From the NCBI GenBank assembly GCA_951406725.2, contig OX597823.1, forward strand, positions 16,740,001 through 16,804,000: DNA of 64,000 bases. The letters are read 5' to 3'. A program made the translations under genes and the position numbers. How positions within the stretch are numbered: position 1 is the first letter of the stretch; the number at the start of each line of letters is the position of its first letter. Shown in pieces: positions 53,301 through 62,300 of this stretch. This stretch comes from Octopus vulgaris. Its lineage: Eukaryota. The notes below the pieces were generated by a model. It saw nothing but the letters and a program-made list of their open reading frames with translations. It made no database searches and was not told where the DNA came from.

Positions 53301-56300
53301 ATGTATATTGCACCTCTGTAGTACAAATGTCTCGTTTTCGTAAGTTTTGAATTAAAATCTTCCAGCAAACCTTAGTCACAATTTATGTTCCTAACACTAG
53401 CTTAATGATAACTAAGTTATTTTACTAAATTCTTTGTTATATTTAAAACAATTGAGAGAAACAGAGCATCTCAACAGGAATATGGTAACAAATGGGTTAA
53501 AGGATATTGAGAAAATATCATCACAAAAAAGATGCATTCCTTATGGAATCAACCCCAGTATATTATTAGTACCTATGGAATCTAACACAGCTTCTAAATT
53601 GTTTCTCAAACTGCAAGAAATAGTAGCCAAATCTCCCTCATGAATGATAGACCACAGGTCAACCTGACCCACAGCACTACACTGTGTGGCTATGCTGGAG
53701 TGCTATACTACATAACAGACAAGAAATTGTTATGCTGTGGAGCCATTCTACAATACTACATTGTCTGGCTGTGCATCTGCACTACACCACAGTTGCTGTC
53801 TCCCCACCACCACCACCACCCCAACCACCAATCAAAAGTACTGAATGGTAAAGTGAAAGTAACAAATATATTGAAAGTAGAGCCCTGAAATTGGATCCCA
53901 ATCAATTTTGATATTCAACATACATATCTATTTCTTTATTACCCACAAGGGGCTGAACATAGAGGGGACAAACATGGACAGACATAGGTATTAAGTCGAT
54001 TATATCGACCCCAGTGCTTAACTGGTACTTAATTTATCGACCCCGAAAGGATGAAAGGCAAAGTCGACCTCGGCGGAATTTGAACTCACAACGTAACGGC
54101 AGACGAAATACCGCTAAGCATTTCGCCCGACGTGCTAACGATTCTGCTAGCTCGCCACTCTCTCTCTCTCCCAACACAAACATGGCCAAATATGCCAACT
54201 ATTTTGGTTCAATCTCAGTGCATGGCACTTTAAACAAGTATCTACATCTTAGATTAATCCAGGTTTTCTAAGTGAAATTGAGTCCATGGAAATTGGGTGG
54301 AAGCTCATCATTATTGTTACAAGTTACAATACTCAGCTAGTAGCACTATAATACAAGTTGCACTGCACATATAGTTCTAAGATTCATCCATCCTGAGAAT
54401 AGTGTTGCATTGAGTCTGTCTGAAGGTTACATTAAAGATAAAATGTCTGTGGAATACTCAACCACTTTAACTAATACAATGAGTAAAGTAGTTCTATGAA
54501 CTGAATAACTGAAACACTCAAAACTAACAAGGAATCCATTAATTTCATAGTTAATACTTATCACAATGAACCAGTCAGTGACTTGTTAAATCTTTCTTTC
54601 AGATCAAATGTCCAATAATGCTGATGTTCACTGATCATAATAATGAGAGATTATTCATAACAGGGTTTTTGTGTTTATCTTTACATGATACCTAGGCAAG
54701 ATAGCTTCATGCAGTCAATGGTTTTCTCAGGGTCACATACAAGTTTGTCTATGTAGTTTCCAAGATTGATTTCTTTTCTAGATTTTCATTTTTTAAATTT
54801 CTCAAAATTGCATTTCCTTTATTACCACCTTATGAATATGCTACTTTTCCCCCAACCAAAATAAAGGAAATTAGCAAAAAAATTAAAACATCTCTTAATC
54901 AAACAATTTCATGCAAAGTATAACCACAAATTTACTTACTTTGAAAGACACACGGGGGATTCTTTAGTTCCTTCTTCAAACTGCTTAACTTCTTTCTTCC
55001 GTACCATTTTGGATTTCAATGTATTATCAAGTTTTGAGTTTTCTTTACCACTACAAACAAATAATATCAATATTTCAAAATTTAACAACTCATGTTTAGA
55101 GGTGAACAAAAGTTCACTGTTTATATCTACATTGATTTGATTTATGTATTGGGTCATCCCATAAATAATGCGATTTTTTTTCAATTGCATGAACTAAAAG
55201 TCGGAGGGAGACGAGATAAACTACCTGCATCAACTTGCTATAAAAGCAAGTAGTAATTTTACCTTGTATTTATTCTTGGCATAAATTTTTTAAAATGCAG
55301 TTCAATTTTAAGTTATTTTTTCAAAGCTATAATGGAAGTGACAAAGGAGCATATTCAGCATATTTTGCTTTATGAGATCAATAAAGGTAACAATGCAACA
55401 GAAAGTGTGAGGAATATTAATGCAGTATATGGGGATCGGAAAATAAGCGTAAGCCAGTAGGAGTGGCTGTGTGGTAAGTAGCTTGCTTACCAACCACATG
55501 GTTCAAGGTTCAGTCCCACTGCATGGCATCTTAGGCAAATGTCTTCTACTATAGCCTCGGGTCGACCAAAGCCTTGCGAGTGGATTTGATAGACAGAAAC
55601 TGAAAGAAGCCTGTCGTATATATGTATATATATATATACATATATATTTTCGGAGAGGCACTGAGCAGCTATACGCACACATACACACATGGCAGTAACT
55701 TCCACCTACTGAATTCAATCACAAAGCTCCAGTCGGCTCGGGGCTATAGTGGAAGACACCTACCCAAAGTGCCACGCAGTGGGACTGAACCCGAAACCAT
55801 ATAGCTAGGAAGCAAGCTCCCTAATGTGTGTGTATGTTTGTCCCCCCAGCATCGCTTGACAACCGATGCTGGTGTGTTTACATCCCCGTTACTTAGCGGT
55901 TCGACAAAAGAGACCAATAGAATAAGTACTAGGCTTACAAAGAACAAGTCCTGGATTTGCTCAACTAAATGCAGTGCTCCAGCATGGCCGCAGTCAAATG
56001 ACTGAAACAAGTAAAAGAGTAACAGAGCTGTTCGTGTTTGAGAAAATAGAAGCAACATTATTTTGCTTCAAAACTGGTGAACGTTGTTGACAAGAAGAGC
56101 ATCAAACTGCAGGAAATCTGCCTCAATAGATTCCTTGATGCATGCAAACATAGAAAAGGGATGTGAAAGTGATGATATACATTTCAGGAGAAGCAGATAA
56201 AAAATGAGATTTACCCGTAAGCTTGGCGAGTCATCCTTTCAGCAGAGACATTAAATGTCTTGTTCGATAAAGGAGTAGTAGCACTAACTTCTGCTCGGTT

Positions 56301-59300
56301 GATTTTAAAATAATTGGGAGAAACAAAGAGCATCTCAAAATAAATACAGTAACGAAAGGGTTAATAATTATTATTACCTTGGTTATATTTCAGATGGAAA
56401 TCTCAGCAAGCCTTTTAGTTATGGAAAATTAACTGAAAACATTTGTTTCGTTAACCAATTCATTACCATATTTCTATTGAAATATGGAAACCTTGTTTCA
56501 AGTAATTTTGAAAATAATAAGGAATTTAACCCTTTTGTGACCAACCCGGCTGAAACCGGCCCTGGATCTGAGTACAAATGTCTTGTTTTCATAAGTTTTG
56601 ACTTAAAATCTTCCTCCAAGAGTGTAGTGGGGGCTTTTATGTGCCACTGACACAAGGACCAGTCAGGCGGTACTGATAATGGCCATAAATTATTTTACTA
56701 AATTCTTTGTTATATTTAAAATAATTGGGAGAAACAAAGAGCTTCTCAAAATAAATACAGTAACGAAAGGGTTAATAATTATTATTAACTTGGTGTTCGG
56801 AACATAAATTTACTTGAAATTTTGGTGGGAAGTTTTAGTTTAGGTCACTTTGAAACAGGAAATTTGTATCATAGCTTTTTTTATTTACTTATTGGTACGG
56901 TATTCATCATCATCGTTTAACATCTACTTTCCATGCCAGCATGGGTTGGACGATTTGACCGAGGTCTGGCAAACCAGATGGCTGCACCAGACTCCAATCT
57001 GATCTGGCAGAGTTATTACAGCTGGATGCCCTTCCTAACGCCAACCACTCCAAGAGTGTAGTGGGTGCTTTTACGTGCCACCAGCACGAGGGCCAGTCAG
57101 GCTGTACTGGCAACAGCCACGCTCAAATGGTGCTTATTATGTGCCACCTGTACAGGTATTGGTTGTTGCTGTTTAGTTAGAGATGGTCTTTGGAGCACAA
57201 AAGTTTCTTATGTAAGAACTACTCATCTCTCATCCAGGTCATCCCATAGGACACCCCAAACAGGGATTTCGGTTGCACTATAGGAGTCACAGGGTGCTGC
57301 TCCATGTGGTCCCATAGTTTCTATCTAACTAGGAATATTAGGGTCTCATCCATTGTCTTGTATTCAAGATCCTCTGCTAGTTCAAAGCCAGGAATCAGAT
57401 CTGTTAGGTCCTACCAATAACTAAATCCATGCCTTGCTGCCAACGCTTCGATTCATTGTCATTAAGGTTTTGTCTCTCTCCTACCCTTCGACCTGTCTGG
57501 CCTGGTAAGATCAATGGTTTTCTATAACCTCAGACTGACTAATGCCTTCTAAGTGAAATTTGGCAAATTGAATCGCTGCATAGACACCCAGCATGTGGCT
57601 AGACATTGTGCTGGAAAATCTTGGTGAATCACGGCAAGCAAGGAAAAACAAATATAAAATTATGAAAACTCAACACGCTAAACTGAAATGTTGGCCCTCT
57701 GAAATCCCCTTCCTGTATATCTTTATGCAGTTGTTTATTAACAATCATTTAAGAGAAATGTTAACTGTGTCAATCTAACCCTTCTTGGAGAGCCCGTTCC
57801 TCTGGACAAAATCAGTTAAAAGAGAAAAAAGGTAAAAAGATAATTATTAACAGTATGAAGGAGACCTTGCAAGCAAGAAGTGTCATCTCTCTCAACTGAC
57901 TGAAATGCCAAATACAATTCAGAAGACAAAAAAAAAAATGCTTACTTTTCCCTGCATTGCTATTTTTGTTATATTCTTCAAAGAAATCAGAGATTTTTGG
58001 TATTAAATGATCATCCGGATTAAAATGCACTAAAAGCCCATCAGCAAATTCCAGAAGAAGCCGTTTCTTAAAAATTAATCGTTTGATGTTTGACCGAATC
58101 AACTAGAAACATAAAAAGAAAAAGTTTTTAAGAAATTAATTTTAAAAAATAAAAAAGCTTATTAGAAGACAAATCAAAGAGTTATGTAAAATAGTGTATT
58201 CTTAAAGCATTATGTCAAATTTGGAAGAAACAATAAGGTATTTTTTACTCTAGGCACAAGGCCCAAAATTTTGGGGGAGGGAGCCAGTCGATTAGATCGA
58301 CCCCAGTATGCAACTGGTACGTAATTTATTGACTCCGAAAGGATGAAAGGCAAAGTCGACTACGGCGGAATTTGAACTCAGCACGTAAAAGAAACAATAA
58401 GGTATTTGTGGTGCTCACTGTACTGAACCCAGTAAAATGGAAATGAAAAACTTACACTAGTGACATACTAAAAACCTAAGGATAGTGAAATATTTTAGCC
58501 TTGAACTATTTCATTATATGAACCACTTCCATTCATTCAAGTCAATATAATATTTAGACAAGGCACTGTGTGTGCATGCATGCACACGCATGTGTGTATG
58601 TGCACATAACAAAATGCTATTATGCATAACACATTACCAATAAGTTTTGGGCTCAGCTATCAGTCCTACACTAAACTCTTTTATTGCATTAATAAATCCA
58701 GTCATTGCATCTGAGGATAGGCTAAAATGCAGAGTTCAAACATGCATAAATATACACACAGACCAGCCTAATTCCCTTCCTGCAGGCAGAGGAACTTAAC
58801 CCTTTAGTGTTCAGATTCATTTCACACCATAACAGAATGTGATATTAACCCTTTCGTTACCAACCCGGCTGAAACCAGCTCTGGCTTTTAGTACAAATGT
58901 CTTGTTTTCATAAACTTTGAATTAAAATCTTCCGCCAAACCTTAGTCACAATTTATGTTCCTAATACTAGCTGAATGATAACTAAGTTATTTTACTAAAT
59001 TCTTTGTTATATTTAAAGTAATTGAAAGAAACACAGAGCATCTCAAAATAAATACACACCATAACAGAATGTGATACCCTTTCATTACCAATCCGGCTGA
59101 AACCGGCTCTGGCTTTGAGTACAAATGTCTTGTTTTCATAAACTTTGAATTAAAATCTTCTGCCAAACCTTAGTCACAGTTTATGTTCCTAATACTAGCT
59201 GAATGATAACTAAGTTATTTTACTAAATTCTTTGTTATATTTAAAGTAATTGAAAGAAACACAGAGCATCTCAAAATAAATATAGTAACTAAAGGGTTAA

Positions 59301-62300
59301 CAGAATGTGATATTAACCCTTTTGTTACCAACCCGGCTGAAACCGGCTCTGGCTTTTAGTACAAATGTCTTGTTTTCATAAACTTTGAATTAAAATCTTC
59401 CACTAAACCTTAGACACAATTCATGTTCCTAACACTAGCTGAATGATAACTAAGTTATTTTACTAAATTCTTTGTTATATTTAAAGTAATTGAAAGAAAC
59501 ACAGAGCATCTCAAAATAAATACAGTAACAAAAGGGATAACGGAACCTCAATGATTTATATACATACATTTTTATGTATATGTGTAAGTACATAATTTAC
59601 GTACTTGTACTAATGTATGCACAGATTTTATGTGCATGTACATATGTAAGCATTTATAATTTTTAAATTAAAGGTGAACTTACAGCATCTCTGTTGCTTT
59701 CTTAACCCCCAATTTTGCATATTATATCCCCTCCCCCACTTTTTATCACCTTCTATCTCACTCCACCTCAAAGATATAATGCACAAACTCTCTCTTATTC
59801 TGTTTACATTAGTAGAACATTGAATATAGACAAGCATCTTTGGAAAAAAGACAAAATTCCTCCTCATACCCAACTATCTTCAATGATTCATGGAATTTTA
59901 AAACATTTTGTTTTTCTACATACAACCCAAAATTAATCACCCAAAAAGTTTGTGGGTGTAAATAGAAACATTTTTTAATATTTTAATTTTTTTTTATATA
60001 TCTTGTCAATTTGGATTATAGATTCCACTTTCAATTGAGTAATCTTTATATATAAAAATGAAGTTGTGTGTCTATCTACTCCGATTTAGATTCCTAACTA
60101 CTCCCACATTTTGCGGTGCAGTTTAACCAAAAGCGGGTATCTTATAGTCGTGATTCATATCGAGCCCTTCTGGGTATTAGCGCACGTCTACGATGAGTCT
60201 ACGATTTAAAAAATAATTTAACATCATTTTTTTCCATTTTAACGCATTTTTTCGCTATTATATAAGGGAAGTAACTCTCTAAAAATGTCTACGATGAGTC
60301 AACGATTTAAAAAAAAATTTACCATCATTTTTTTCCCATTTTTAATGCATTTTTTTGCTATTTTTTGGCTATAACTCTCTAAAAATGCTTATATAGTCAT
60401 TTCCCTTACAAACCCGAGCAACGCCGGGCGATACTGCTAGTAAATGCTAAAAATCAAATGTACTGAAAATAATTTTTGCTAAATGTAACAAAACAAACAC
60501 TAGTTAAATTATAAGGTATTGGCTTAAGAAAACCTGGCTTTTTGTGGGCCCTTAACTTTTCTCTATTTTCATAATGGAAATATTGCTGGTAATTTTAGCA
60601 GCTTGTTTCATTATTTAACTAACATTAATCCAATCAACTTTACCCTTCATTCACCTAGGGGTCAATGTAATTTACTTGTCCTTTACCTTACATTCTCCTA
60701 GGGGGTCAATGTAATTTACTTGTCCTTTACCCTCAAAATTGCTAACCTTGTGCTAAAATTAAAAAAATTTATTCGAATAAAGAATAAAATATCAAACATG
60801 CTATTGAGGGAGTCTTTATAAGCATGACCAAATTGCTAGAAATAGCAGTCAAAGGCAGCGAGCGGGCAGAAACGTTAGCATGCCGGACGAAATGCTTAGT
60901 GGTATTTCGTCTGTCTTTACGTTCTGAGTTCAAATTCCACCGAGGTCGACATTGCCTTTCATCCTTTCAGGGTCGATTAAATAAGTACCAGTTATGCACT
61001 GGGGTCGATATAATCAACTTAATCCCTTTATCAGTCCTTGTCTGTCCCCTTTATGTTTAGCCACTTGTGGACAATGAAGAAATAAGAAATAGCAGTCAAA
61101 TCACCCTCGAATCACACAATACCAACTTAAGGATATTTCAAACAATATAGTCTTTCATCCACACACTATATTTATGGGGGAAATTTTTTTTTTTTTAAAT
61201 GGTCACATTGGGAACATCTTTAATCATAGCTCTGCTTCATCAAGCATGACATGAGGTTAGACTGCAGCAAAAGATTCTGTAAGGAGGAATTTAACCAATA
61301 CTCTGCGAAGTACATGTAAAGAGAGAAACTTATTTATGGCAAATAAGCAGTTGTTTGGCCCTCTAAGCTTTCACAATGGATGAGCCCTCTCACTCTCCAT
61401 TTTAGCCCAGCTGTATCATAATTCATCATCATCATCGTTTAATGTCGTGGATGAGAAACAAATGGGGGATGGTCTGGATATTTGCAATAGAATAGCCCTG
61501 AATTCTGCTAAGGGTAACAAAGAACCAACGTTGTGGTTTAACTCCAGATTGATTCTAAACAAGTAAACCTATGACCAAAAGCAATCCAGCAATGACTGCT
61601 CTACCTTTTCCCAATAGACACTATCAAATGTGTCCTTTTAAATTTTGACAGTAAGAGGGTTTTTGGACATTTGGCTGCTACTTCTAAGCACTCAAGCAAC
61701 CACATATAGGCTGTCTAAGTGGTAGAAATCTTGCTAATAGAACAGTCTAATAGTGTTGGTGTTAAACAGGATGGCTGACTGTATCACCAACAAAATCCAC
61801 TGGTTATTAATGTTTTTATATATCTGCATCCCACCATAACCTCTTTCCCCACTAAGCATCAATCTCTCACCAAGGAGACTACATTCTTATACAAAGATGA
61901 CAAAGATGTGTAGAAGAGATGTTATGATAACCTTTAAAAGGTTGGGCCCCAATAAGTGGCAATATGTATGGAAAACTATAAGTTAAAGCAATAATGTTTG
62001 TACCTTGCCTGAGAGTATGATTTTGTTTTAACCTTTTTGCAACCCTATCTCTGTTAAAATACAGTGCTTTTGTTTCAAATAATTTACAAAAAGTTTTTTT
62101 TAATTTTAAATTAAAACCAGCAAAATTTTATGTTAATTTATGCTCTAAACATAGCTTAATAATGAAGTTATTTTACTAAATACTTTGTATTTAGTAAAAT
62201 AACCGACATTATTAACCCTTTCATTACCAACCCGGCTGAAACTGGCTCTGGCTCTGAGTACAAATGTCTTGTTTCCTTAAGTTCTGAATTAAAATCTTCC

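Noticed and set aside
58824-59540. CRISPR-like repeat-spacer pattern
   Set aside because: Units are near-identical MITE copies in eukaryotic DNA; no unique spacers or cas genes
60657-60731. Short tandem duplication (also 50225-50261)
   Set aside because: Ordinary slippage duplication
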